Shown one piece after another: positions 1 to 9,644 of a DNA stretch of 64,000 nucleotides. Both the position numbers and the translations under genes were made by a program. The notes under the pieces are model-generated. The model was not told where the DNA came from. It did no database searches and saw nothing but the letters and a program-made list of their open reading frames with translations. The stretch's first letter is position 1. Each line of letters begins with the position of its first letter. Source of the DNA: Amphiscolops sp. MND2022 (taxonomy: Eukaryota); assembly GCA_964187785.1 (NCBI GenBank), contig OZ076409.1, positions 74,216,001 through 74,280,000 of the forward strand, given 5' to 3'.

Positions 1-429
1 CTCCACAAGTTCAGGAATTTTGAATGTCCTCTAAATTATTTACATCAGAACATGGAGAAGTTATTGATCAATTGTAGGAGTGATGTCAAAGAAATCATCA
101 GGGTTTGTTGTCAAAATCACGAAATTAGTGAGACTTTAGCTGAAGCTTTTTTGGGGTTTGAATTGCCTGTTTCTTTATCGTCAATCGAAGAGCATTGTAA
201 AAACGCTATTGTTTTTAACATGAACGCACTGATGCGCATGAAAGACTACGTAGAAACTTGCCCAGAAGATGTTACAAATCGGGAACATTCGAAACAACCT
301 CTGGTATACGGTCATAGATTAGATGGCTATGGTTCTGAGCCATCAGTGTTTCCCAAAGGTTTTTCTCAAGAAAGCAATTTTTTTTGTATTTGCGCATGCA
401 TTTCTTCTCAGCGATTCTTTATGGTATAA
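1..429 (+). CDS. Probable upstream part of the same Rep/helicase ORF, separated by a +1 frameshift
   Basis: Frame +1 is open from base 1 (LHKFRNFECPLNYLHQNMEKL...) to 429 and overlaps the 323-6007 frame, whose ATG is directly preceded by a TAG. Removing one T from the T8 run at 378-385 fuses them (...QESNFF-VFAHAFLL...). Confidence 0.6.
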   Translation, partial: LHKFRNFECPLNYLHQNMEKLLINCRSDVKEIIRVCCQNHEISETLAEAFLGFELPVSLSSIEEHCKNAIVFNMNALMRMKDYVETCPEDVTNREHSKQPLVYGHRLDGYGSEPSVFPKGFSQESNFFCICACISSQRFFMV

Positions 430-3400
430 ATTGTGTCATCTTTGCGACGAACATGTTCAAGTTTCTGAAATCTGTAAAATTTTGAACCGCCTTAGGGAAA
501 ATAAAAGTTTAAAACATCACCACACAAATCAATCATTAGTCAATGGATTGCAGAGTTCTTTCGCTGAACTGTTTCCTTCGCAAGCAGAACCTTTAATGAG
601 TTTTTGTGAAATGTTAGAGGGTTGTCAGGTTGTGCACTGTCACAGAGCTAATGTTGACACTGTTAGGATTGACTGTGCTAGAAACGATGTAATTTTAGTG
701 GTTGCCACCGATGTCCAAACTAGGGATAGTCAAATTCCTTTCAATTTAACATCAATTAATGGTAAAATCTTTCAATTGATTTTCATCTCAGCTGAAAGTA
801 AGGTGAGTTTGAGGCACGGAGATCCTTTTTTCAATTTCTGGACTATACTAAACGACGGAAGCCGTGCTAGAAAAGATCCAACTTTGGAATTCCAGTACAA
901 TAGAATTTGGAAATTTTTAATTTACGTTTCTAAGACAGACTTGAATGAGGAAACTAAACTTCGATACTTAAAATACATGGGAGGTCAGGGAATTTTTTTC
1001 TGTCAGGAACACCATCTGCCGCTATCTACGGATTACTTTAAAAGCCAACGAAAATGTAGTATGCCTAAAAACACCGGTGACCAGCGAATATGTACTAGAA
1101 AATCTGCTTGGCGTTGTCCCGAAAAAAATTGTTTAGCGTCCGTTTGTAAGACTCATTTCCGTGAATTTTGTGACGCTAACGATAAGGTTTTGGTCGACAA
1201 CACGCCTTCTGATGATGCAATCCAAGACAGCAGCGATGAAGAAGCTACTTTGCCAGAAGAAGCTGAAGAGCAGCCGGAAAACAGTTTGCCAGGACCTAGC
1301 TTCGTACTGGACGACCAACAGAGACCACAAGAACCTGAAGCCAACATGGATGAGTTCGATTGCCCACAATTAATTGTGGATGCCGGGTTCCAAGAAACTG
1401 ATGCTTTTGCCACGGACGCTGGCTGTGAGCCCGTTTACTTGTCCAATGACTCCAATTTCGTTCCCATGCATGTACTTTTAAATGGTGAATGTCAAATACT
1501 GAAAAGATTGAAATATCCCTCCCACATAGGCAAAAAATTCCAACGTTTTTTCCAAAATTTTGTTTCCACACTTCCGGGTCGTTCTATCCCCCTGCTGCAA
1601 CCTGAAGCGTGTCTATTCCCAAGCATTTTTTACAAGCAATTAGAAGACGGTTCGTTTCCTGGCGCTCTGCCTTTTTTCTTGTATGACGATAAAAATGCAA
1701 ACTCCAAGTTAGAATTCGATGGTTTGCATGAACACATGCGTTTAAGACTTAAGGACGGTACGCTTTTAACTTCTTCCAACTTGGCCTATATAATGTATGC
1801 TTTCGACTGTGTTTTAAATTTGTCACTTGTAAAATGCCACACAAATCAATTTTTCAAACGGGGATTGCAGACTATCACAATTGGCAAGTACAAACCGCAG
1901 CAGCTGACATCTACGGAGTCTGTTCTAAAAATGGATAGCGTCGACAGCGACGTACATGTAAATCGATTAGGAACTGCTTGTGCCACTGAAACGCCGGATC
2001 TTTTTGTCACTTTTACATGTAACCAAAAGGAACACCCGGGTGTTGCTGAAGTCGTTAACGCTATCTACGAACTGTACGGCAGCGCGACCACCGAAGAACT
2101 AAAAGAAGTGCTCCAGGCTTACATGGTCATCATTGTAAGATGCTGGACTAGGACTATTGAACTTTTAATTGATTACTTGAGGTTTTCAGACGAACAAATT
2201 TTGGGTGAAATTATCAAAGTTTGGGGTAGGGCAGAATTTCAAAGTGCAGCAGCTAACCTACAGCACTATCACATTCTTTTTTGGTTAAAAAATTCGACAC
2301 AGGACATCATCGAGAAAATTCAATGTGCACACAAACACGTCCTCCATGAGTTTAAAAAGTTGTTTCAAATGAATTTTGGAACTGTTGATAGTGACGAGCA
2401 TGCATTTAATTTATTTGAAAATTGTATTCGTGTTCAAAGTCATGACTGTGAGAAAGGGCACTGTCTTAAAAAAGTAAGGTTGAACGGCGAGCGAAAGTGT
2501 CGTTTCCCGCCCTATCCTCAAAGTAACGTTCCCTGGTACAAAGAATTCCACCAGCCACATTCGGAAGAAGCCCTAGTAGCATTACAGGAAATTGATTTGG
2601 CTGAACCGAGGCCTGGTTTTTATAATTGTCTGCAGGTTACATCAACTCTAATGGCAGGTAAATACATGTATGCGGCCACCAGAGGAGAGCACATGTCACC
2701 GCTGAATGTTGCCCTCTGGAGTATTTGTAAATCCAGTTTGAACGTTTTAAAGGTTTGCAAGTCGGTCGCATCCAGGTACTTGACATCGTACGCTGCTGGA
2801 AAAGAAGAGCATGCTGATGTGGCCATCAATCCAGAAAATGCTCACAATGTGTTAAATGTGCAGGTTCAAAAAATTGAAAACAAAAAGTTAGGCGGTGTTA
2901 GAAAGATCCTTGCTCGAGAAGCTAAGCAGGATAAAACGCAAGGTATCATAGATTCTACCACCATTGCAACTACAGAATGTGTGTCATGGATGTTACAACT
3001 ACCAACCGTAATAACAACCATGGATTTTGTTTCAGTCCCCACAGTAGCTTTAGAAAATCGGGGAGGTGTAATTTTAAAAAGGAAAAATAATACTTGTTCG
3101 AGAACAAATATACCAGGTGTGGCCAACGAAGGTCCATGTGAGATCAGGGAACATTATTTGAGGTTACCACGTCATCGACTTTTTACTAGGAGCCAGAAAA
3201 CTGTTCTAGAAAGTGTGAACAAAACGCCATTTAGTACTGATAAAGTAACTGTTTTTTCTCTACGTCCTCCTGAATTGCTTTTTGTAAACAAACTAAGACC
3301 CTACTTCAGGTGGTTTAAACGCGAAAAATTGTCCGGTAAAAGGGAGACTGTCAGTGTACGATTTTTGAAAAACGACGTTAGGGAATCAACTTGGGTGGAT

Positions 3401-6007
3401 GGTGAAAATTACGCCATTCGTTTAAGACCTTCTGCAGTTTCCGATTTTTCAGCTTTTGTTCAACAATCTTTGGCGGCAAATCCAACCGATAGTAGACTGC
3501 TCGATGCCTATGTAATAATTTCTGAAGTTTTGAACATTTCCTCACATCCAGGACGGTCGCTTTTTGTTTCCAGTGACCCAAATTTATCAAATACACCAGC
3601 AGAGGTTGTTTTTTCAAAAGTCTATCCCCGCAATCCTGCAAACTTTTTAATACATTTTCTACTGTCTAACGCTGCTTTTGAAACTGAATTTGACCTTTTT
3701 GATGTACCAACTTTGAAAGATGCATACGTGAAGGGCGGGGTTGTACCAGACAAGCCAGTATACGATGAAAATGATGTCAATGAAATTTTGAAAAAATATG
3801 TGCTTGAACAATTGCGATATCTACCAGGTGGTACGCGTTCTTTTGATAACAATCTACTGGCGGCAAAGTCAGCATTTAAGGGAATGTTAGTAGATAATGA
3901 CATTTATAACGAAGGGCTGCCCATTACAAAGATGGATACCTTGACTGAAGCATTGGAAGATAAGGCTAAAAAGATGCTTCGGCAGTCCCAATTAAACATC
4001 ATAAAATCTTTAACTCAGAAAAATTTGCCCAATTTTCCTAATTCTAGCGTTTTTGAAAATGTGTCCAAGGAAACACCATCTGACTGGTCTGGTGAACTTG
4101 TTCCAAACAATTTCCAGTCTGAAGAGTCTCGTGAAGAACAGACCATAATTTTAGAACAACTGAAAGAACTAATTTGTGAAAATCTGTTTTCTGACCATAA
4201 ATTTAGGAAACACCAGTTGATTTTGGGTCCACCAGGTACAGGTAAGACGTATGTGCTGACGATGGCTTTGGGTTATGCGCTCACGAAAGGGTTGTTTTGT
4301 CTTGTAACTAGTTTAGCATCCCGAAGATCGATGCACTTTGGCGGTGAGCACATTCACAAATTGTTTTGCTTGCCACCTTCTTCTTGTGGATCACCGATCA
4401 AAATGGCCGAGCAAGCTCTCGTGAAACTGGACCACCGGAATGACAAGAAGATGCTGTTAATGGCCCTGGAAGTACTGTTCGTGGAAGAAGTGAGCCTAAT
4501 CAGTGCTGAACAGTGGTCTGCCATGGACCTCACCCTTCAAGAGTTGAAGCAGTCAACCTTGCCTTTCGGTGGGGTTTTAGTGATCGCGAGTGGTGATCAG
4601 ATGCAACTGCCATCAATCGAAGGGAACGACATCTTCCTCAGTCCGATTCTACTGACAAACTTCGCAATGTTCTTTTTGTCGCACTTTGTTCGAATGACAG
4701 ATGCTGACGGTCAAACTGTACTTCGACACATGTGGAAACGTCCCATAAATGCCCCTGCTGTCGCTGAAATACTCGCGATTTTGGACACTAAGTGCACGTT
4801 CAAGGACAGCTGGGATGACTTGGACGACCCTTGTGTAATGCGGGTTTTTGGTAAGCGGAAAGCTGAACAGAAAGAATTCGATAGCCACATTCAGCGAGTA
4901 CGCGCGTCGGGATCGTCCTACCGCATTTTCGAAGCCAAGGATGAGATCTGTCTTTCGAAGAGCTCAGTTTGGAATGAGACTGACTCTCGACAAGTAAGTA
5001 ACTATCTGAGCGACAAGGTAAACGAGCCCAAAGAGTTAATTGTTTACTCAAAGGCTTTGGTAAGGGTCACAGTTAATCTGGAAGCTGAGCAATTGTCTCA
5101 AGGTCAGGTTGGTGTAGTTCACGAGGTTCCCACTGGTGACTCGGTCACAATCTACGTCCCAGATAGCAGTGGTGGGGAAGTTGACATCACTCCTGGGATG
5201 TTGGAACGCGAGGAGTACCTGACTTGGCGGACTGTGACTCTCTCAAAGCAGACCGGCTTCGTTCAGCCTTTCAAGAAGAACTCAGTGCGAAGGGTACAGT
5301 TACCGCTCATGAACTTTGTTGCCATGACTACGCATAAACTCATGGGTGACACTTTTGAAAAGCTGGCGACGTCCATTTCCGCAACCGACAGTAGTTACGC
5401 TTTGTGGATGACGTCGCAAGTTTTTGTCATTGTCAGTCGTGTCAAACAATTAAAAAATCTTACTTTTGTTGGTAACAAAAATGCCACGTTAGGTGCCATC
5501 GAATCCATTTTTGAAAAGAGAGACTTGAGAGAGGAACGTCTCTTCAATTTGCTAGACAAAATAAAAAACAACTCAAGGTGCAATTCCAATGTTCAGCCAA
5601 TCAACATTTCGAAATTATCTTACGTACCTTTCAACAAAAACATCCCAAGCACTCCGAATGGCTTCGTATATCTTTTGATTAGTCTGAACCCGACTTCGCC
5701 CGAAACTTTTTACGTAGGAGAAACTGAGCGCGCGCTGTTAACACGGTTGTCGGAACACAACTGCGGCAACGGTTCAGATTTCACGAGAATCCCCCACCGT
5801 TTGCCCTGGGCAGTCGCTGCTTTTGTTTGCAATTTTTCATCACGTTTTTCACGCAAAGACTTCGAAAAAGAAATACATCGAGAAATGTGTGTTCGTCATA
5901 ACAATTTGAAAAATTTAAAAGACATGCTATCTCTTTTCCAGGAAAAAGTTAACGAAAAAAACTGTGATCTCCATTTTTGTGTTTGCGGTGAAATGCAATC
6001 GACATAA
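323..6007 (+). CDS. Helitron-like Rep/helicase transposase (HUH-Y2 Rep + Pif1-family SF1B helicase) with C-terminal GIY-YIG endonuclease domain; N-terminus probably lies upstream of the window
   Basis: 1894-aa uninterrupted ORF. Rep motif I PDLFVTFTCN (1994-2023), HUH motif EFQSAAANLQHYHILFW (2234-2284), two-tyrosine motif YLTSY (2777-2791). Helicase Walker A GPPGTGKT (4226-4249), Walker B VEEVSLI (4481-4501), FGGVLVIASGDQMQLP, HFVRMTD, TTHKLMGDTF, QVFVIVSRVK. GFVYLLISLNPTSPETFYVGET...RLSEHN (from 5660) fits GIY-YIG. Cys/His cluster CQEH...CTRKSAWRCPEKNCLASVCKTH near 1000-1157. Assignment is by motif recognition only. Confidence 0.92.
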   Translation: MAMVLSHQCFPKVFLKKAIFFVFAHAFLLSDSLWYKLCHLCDEHVQVSEICKILNRLRENKSLKHHHTNQSLVNGLQSSFAELFPSQAEPLMSFCEMLEGCQVVHCHRANVDTVRIDCARNDVILVVATDVQTRDSQIPFNLTSINGKIFQLIFISAESKVSLRHGDPFFNFWTILNDGSRARKDPTLEFQYNRIWKFLIYVSKTDLNEETKLRYLKYMGGQGIFFCQEHHLPLSTDYFKSQRKCSMPKNTGDQRICTRKSAWRCPEKNCLASVCKTHFREFCDANDKVLVDNTPSDDAIQDSSDEEATLPEEAEEQPENSLPGPSFVLDDQQRPQEPEANMDEFDCPQLIVDAGFQETDAFATDAGCEPVYLSNDSNFVPMHVLLNGECQILKRLKYPSHIGKKFQRFFQNFVSTLPGRSIPLLQPEACLFPSIFYKQLEDGSFPGALPFFLYDDKNANSKLEFDGLHEHMRLRLKDGTLLTSSNLAYIMYAFDCVLNLSLVKCHTNQFFKRGLQTITIGKYKPQQLTSTESVLKMDSVDSDVHVNRLGTACATETPDLFVTFTCNQKEHPGVAEVVNAIYELYGSATTEELKEVLQAYMVIIVRCWTRTIELLIDYLRFSDEQILGEIIKVWGRAEFQSAAANLQHYHILFWLKNSTQDIIEKIQCAHKHVLHEFKKLFQMNFGTVDSDEHAFNLFENCIRVQSHDCEKGHCLKKVRLNGERKCRFPPYPQSNVPWYKEFHQPHSEEALVALQEIDLAEPRPGFYNCLQVTSTLMAGKYMYAATRGEHMSPLNVALWSICKSSLNVLKVCKSVASRYLTSYAAGKEEHADVAINPENAHNVLNVQVQKIENKKLGGVRKILAREAKQDKTQGIIDSTTIATTECVSWMLQLPTVITTMDFVSVPTVALENRGGVILKRKNNTCSRTNIPGVANEGPCEIREHYLRLPRHRLFTRSQKTVLESVNKTPFSTDKVTVFSLRPPELLFVNKLRPYFRWFKREKLSGKRETVSVRFLKNDVRESTWVDGENYAIRLRPSAVSDFSAFVQQSLAANPTDSRLLDAYVIISEVLNISSHPGRSLFVSSDPNLSNTPAEVVFSKVYPRNPANFLIHFLLSNAAFETEFDLFDVPTLKDAYVKGGVVPDKPVYDENDVNEILKKYVLEQLRYLPGGTRSFDNNLLAAKSAFKGMLVDNDIYNEGLPITKMDTLTEALEDKAKKMLRQSQLNIIKSLTQKNLPNFPNSSVFENVSKETPSDWSGELVPNNFQSEESREEQTIILEQLKELICENLFSDHKFRKHQLILGPPGTGKTYVLTMALGYALTKGLFCLVTSLASRRSMHFGGEHIHKLFCLPPSSCGSPIKMAEQALVKLDHRNDKKMLLMALEVLFVEEVSLISAEQWSAMDLTLQELKQSTLPFGGVLVIASGDQMQLPSIEGNDIFLSPILLTNFAMFFLSHFVRMTDADGQTVLRHMWKRPINAPAVAEILAILDTKCTFKDSWDDLDDPCVMRVFGKRKAEQKEFDSHIQRVRASGSSYRIFEAKDEICLSKSSVWNETDSRQVSNYLSDKVNEPKELIVYSKALVRVTVNLEAEQLSQGQVGVVHEVPTGDSVTIYVPDSSGGEVDITPGMLEREEYLTWRTVTLSKQTGFVQPFKKNSVRRVQLPLMNFVAMTTHKLMGDTFEKLATSISATDSSYALWMTSQVFVIVSRVKQLKNLTFVGNKNATLGAIESIFEKRDLREERLFNLLDKIKNNSRCNSNVQPINISKLSYVPFNKNIPSTPNGFVYLLISLNPTSPETFYVGETERALLTRLSEHNCGNGSDFTRIPHRLPWAVAAFVCNFSSRFSRKDFEKEIHREMCVRHNNLKNLKDMLSLFQEKVNEKNCDLHFCVCGEMQST

Positions 6008-6186
6008 ACATTTAAAATGTAAAACGGTTTATGAGTATCGGGCTACTTCAAGTTGAACATCGTAAAAGCTAAAAAGTAGGGGAAGCACATAGTTCTACTC
6101 TGATAGTGAACGTGTGTTGTTCTCCATATTAGGTTTAAAAACAACATGTAATTTCGTTTGAAAATGTAAAAGTAGGCACTGTAGAA

Positions 6187-6508
6187 TATCGCACAAAGTT
6201 CTACTAAACAGGGTGGACACCGTGCGATACTCTGTTTGTTCACTGTAGGTTAGTTTGCTGGAATCGACGGAGAGCGTGGTTCCAGGTAGGTTTATATTAG
6301 GTTAGTTAGCTGGAATCGACGATGAGCGTGGTTCCAGGTAGGTTTAAATTAGGTTAGTTTGCTGGAATCGACGATAAGCGTGGTTCCAGTTTTCTTTATA
6401 TAAGGTTAGTTTGTTGAGTATCGCACAAAGTTCGACTGCAGAGGGTGGACACCGTGCGATATTCAACAGTTGAATTTGAATGGTGGAATCGACGATAAGC
6501 GTGGTTCC
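6187..6508 (+). repeat. Cluster of hairpin repeats downstream of the RepHel stop codon
   Basis: Four copies of (CT)GGAATC-GACGnnnAGCGT-GGTTCC(AG) at 6258, 6310, 6362 and 6485. Two copies of TATCGCAC...GTGCGATA at 6187-6229 and 6419-6461. Confidence 0.85.
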
Positions 6509-8330
6509 TGGTTTGATAGTTTTTAAAAGTAACAGGGTAGGATTAAAGAAGAAAATGACAAAGAACGATGTGACAGACCCATGATGACGATCCAGAAGCA
6601 AGACTTACAGTGTATGAGCTTGTGTACACCTTCCAAGCTTATACACAACTTTTTAAAAAAACCAACGTCGAAACATATAACCAGTGTAGCAGCACGTGTA
6701 GACCTTTTGAGTCTTCCACGCTGACACACTCTACGTAAATAAAGATCGTCAAATCCCAAAAACCGAAATATCATTCCAAAAACAGACTTTCCTAAAACCG
6801 ACTTTTTCTACTTCGACTTTTTGACTAAAAGACTTTAAGACTGAGACTAATTGACTTTTTTCTAAAACCTAACCGCTCTTTTTCCTTACATAGTGAGTAT
6901 GAGTGGAGTTGAGCTTTGAGACGTTTTTGACTTTATTCAAAGTAGTGTTCTTAATAGAGCGTCCACAGAAAGAAGAAAAGATTTGAGAATTAATTCTAAT
7001 AATCCTCACTTGTTTCTTGTGCTTGACTTTTTTGAAAGGATGTAGGTTTAGAGCAGGCTGTAGTGATTAGGTTGTACAATTGTCACTGTTGGACATGATT
7101 TCTGCATATCACTGGGAGCCCTAATCGATAGTTCTCGTTTTGTAGATAAAATGAACAGTTCAATTCTTGTAATAGTTGGTGCCAGTACCCTTGTCAATAG
7201 CAAACACTATCTGGTTGCCTGCAACTGCGAAACAACAGAATGCCTCCGAAAAGAACTTCTTACAAATAACCCCATATTCAAGCTGGTAAGTTATTGCTCG
7301 AACAGGAGGTAAGTTTCAAAACAGAAATCCACATAAGTCTGCTCAATAAATCGTTACTTTTCCTGAATTTCATTCCTTCATCTACTGCCACGGCTTTGTC
7401 AGTTTAAGCGCGTTAGCGTCTTAAACTGACAACTTTCTCTTTTTTTTGCCCTTTTTCTTTTTGTTTTGGGCTACTTACAGTTTCCTTAAACATCTTCAAA
7501 GTTCAGTTCAATGCAACTCCCCTCCCGGGAGTTTCCAAAGGTCGTTCGTGGTGCGGGCCTTCTGATTTCGTACACAGTAAAACCGTGTGCGAATTCAGTA
7601 AAACGAGAAAACCACCCCAGGTCGTTAAAGGTGCGGGCCTACTATTCCGTGAGGGATAGTGAAACGAGAAAACTGGTTTTTGATGTCATGATTGAGAATA
7701 CATTTTCGTAAATTTTAATGTTTATCCATTTTGAAGTTTAACCATTAAAGTAAGGACTGACCAGGGCTCGTGTAGGCCTGGCACAATTGTAGGTAGCGCG
7801 TTTCCTGACGCCGCTGAGATAGGTAGGTTGTTTTAAAAAAAAATCACTCAGAAAAATTTGTCTTATGGGTTGACCAGACTCCCCAGTAAGTCTGGCACGC
7901 TTTTCGTTTCCTGAAGCCGCTGAGATAGGTAAGTTTAGATTCCTTTAATACTCTGCGTTTGAATCTGGTTTTCTAAGGCTTAGTTTTTTTTTCTTACGTT
8001 TATTCGGATTAGGTTTCTTAGGCTTACTTTCTTAGGTTTTTTTAGGATTAGGGTATTTAAGCTTATGTGTAGACTTTAATCTGATATTAAGTTATCGTGT
8101 ATTTTGTTTTTTTTATCAGGGAGAGCAACAACGAAGAAAAAGGAAGAATCTTGACGCAGCTTTTGTTCAGTTGAATAATTCACTATTTCTTTCTTCCATT
8201 TATATCATTTATCGAAGATTTTATTTTTGATAATTGTAACCTTTGAAACTGAGTCTTTTATTAATCATTACACATTGTTTCGAATATCATCTGTGCAATA
8301 GTTTCAGTACAATACATTTTTTCAGTGCTT

Positions 8331-8909
8331 ATGAATATGAATTTCGTTGCAAGAAGGATCAACGGTTTCTCGTTCAGAGTATACGAAAGGATATTCCCTG
8401 ATACTAATACCTTATTAGTTGGTGATTCGTTAATCAGGGATTTCAATATGCAAGAAGTAGATGTCATTTCCATTGCTGGTGGACGGGCCGAAGATATCGG
8501 CAGCTATCTAAGGTCATGCAATTTAGAGAAATACCACTACGTCATTCTGTTCTCAGGAGGCAATGGGCTATCTCGGGTTGTAAAAAATGGTAGAATCAGG
8601 CCCCCTATGAGCCCTAATGAAGTGAAAGAAGAGGTGCATGCTACTGCTGGTTATCTGCACGAATTAGGGATAAGAGTGTTCGTCGTTGGTATCCCCAGAA
8701 GAAAGAATTTTTCGTTCTTCTCAATATGCTGCTTGAATGAACTTCTTTGCAGAGACACTTATCGTTACGTATACGTAGGTGTGGCGTCCAAAATGTCATG
8801 CGACTATGTGCTGGCACCTGACGGAATTCATTTGAATAGCATTGGAGTCCGTCAACTAAAAACAATTTTGAATAGAAAAGTTTTTGAGTTTTTGAGAAAT
8901 GAAATCTAA
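8331..8909 (+). CDS. SGNH/GDSL-family hydrolase (element cargo)
   Basis: All four SGNH blocks occur in order: LLVGDSLIR (Ser), IAGGRAEDI (Gly), LFSGGNGL (Asn), DGIHLN (Asp/His). First ATG at 8331 follows an acceptor-like ttttttcag ending at 8325. SGNH ORFs are known cargo of Helentron-type elements. Confidence 0.88.
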   Translation: MNMNFVARRINGFSFRVYERIFPDTNTLLVGDSLIRDFNMQEVDVISIAGGRAEDIGSYLRSCNLEKYHYVILFSGGNGLSRVVKNGRIRPPMSPNEVKEEVHATAGYLHELGIRVFVVGIPRRKNFSFFSICCLNELLCRDTYRYVYVGVASKMSCDYVLAPDGIHLNSIGVRQLKTILNRKVFEFLRNEI

Positions 8910-9356
8910 GTTATCCTCCACCTTGTTGTAATTCTACCTATCTCACCTGCAGCTGTTGCACATTATTTAAATTTGCTTTGATGGTGACAAGTTTTGTTCA
9001 CGATATTACCATTGGAATGAGTTAATTCGATTTGTGTTGATGCCATTAGTATTTGCTGAATTTGAATTGAGTTTCACATTGAGTTTTGCAGATTTCATTA
9101 CATTTAATTGTATTTGTCTTTTGGTATAATTTGATGTTTTGTTTTGCTGCGATCATCGTACTTTTTATAGAATTTGAATTGCAATGGGCTATCCAACTTT
9201 CTGTTCATGCTATCATTGTTTACAGAATTTGAATTGAAATTAAACAATCAAAGTTCTATTGTAGCTACCAATTTTATATTTTCTTTTCCCTTTTTTTACT
9301 TCAATGGAAAACATATTGAACTATTCGGTAAAGGTTAAGTGTGTTTACTTTTCATC

Positions 9357-9644
9357 ACTGATCGACGGACAGCGTGGTCAGTAATTAGGATTTTCAAACA
9401 AAATAAGGTAGGATTGTCATCACTAATCGACGAAAAGCGTGGTTGGTGACTGTGTTCTTAACAAAAATAAGTCGTAATTAATTTCAAGTCGTATTTCCTT
9501 AAGTGCGCAGTGGATATTTTCTGCATACAGGTAATTTTTGGTAACAGGTATGTCTGGTAAGTTTTCGGCTAAAGCAGCTAATGGTGTAATCACTGATCGA
9601 CGTAAAGCGTGGTTGGTGATTAGGTGATTTAAACAAAAATAAGT
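9357..9644 (+). repeat. Three hairpin repeats downstream of the SGNH ORF
   Basis: CACT(G/A)ATC-GACGnnnAGCGT-GGT(C/T)(A/G)GT near 9357, 9421 and 9591, each followed by AACAAAA(A)TAAG. Confidence 0.8.

Noticed and set aside
1133..5589. Small antisense and alternate-frame ORFs within the RepHel gene
   Set aside because: They are shadow ORFs of a long coding sequence with no independent support.
6899..7288. Possible decayed ORF (MSGVEL*DVFDFIQ...NNPYSSW*)
   Set aside because: It has five internal stops and no recognisable motif, so it cannot be supported without homology.
7396..7448. Bacterial rho-independent terminator
   Set aside because: The hairpin and T-tract are present, but the context is a eukaryotic-type transposon and no ORF ends nearby.
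7540..7934. Assignment of the structured repeats to hammerhead, HDV, twister or pistol ribozymes
   Set aside because: I could not fit the required catalytic cores by eye on either strand.
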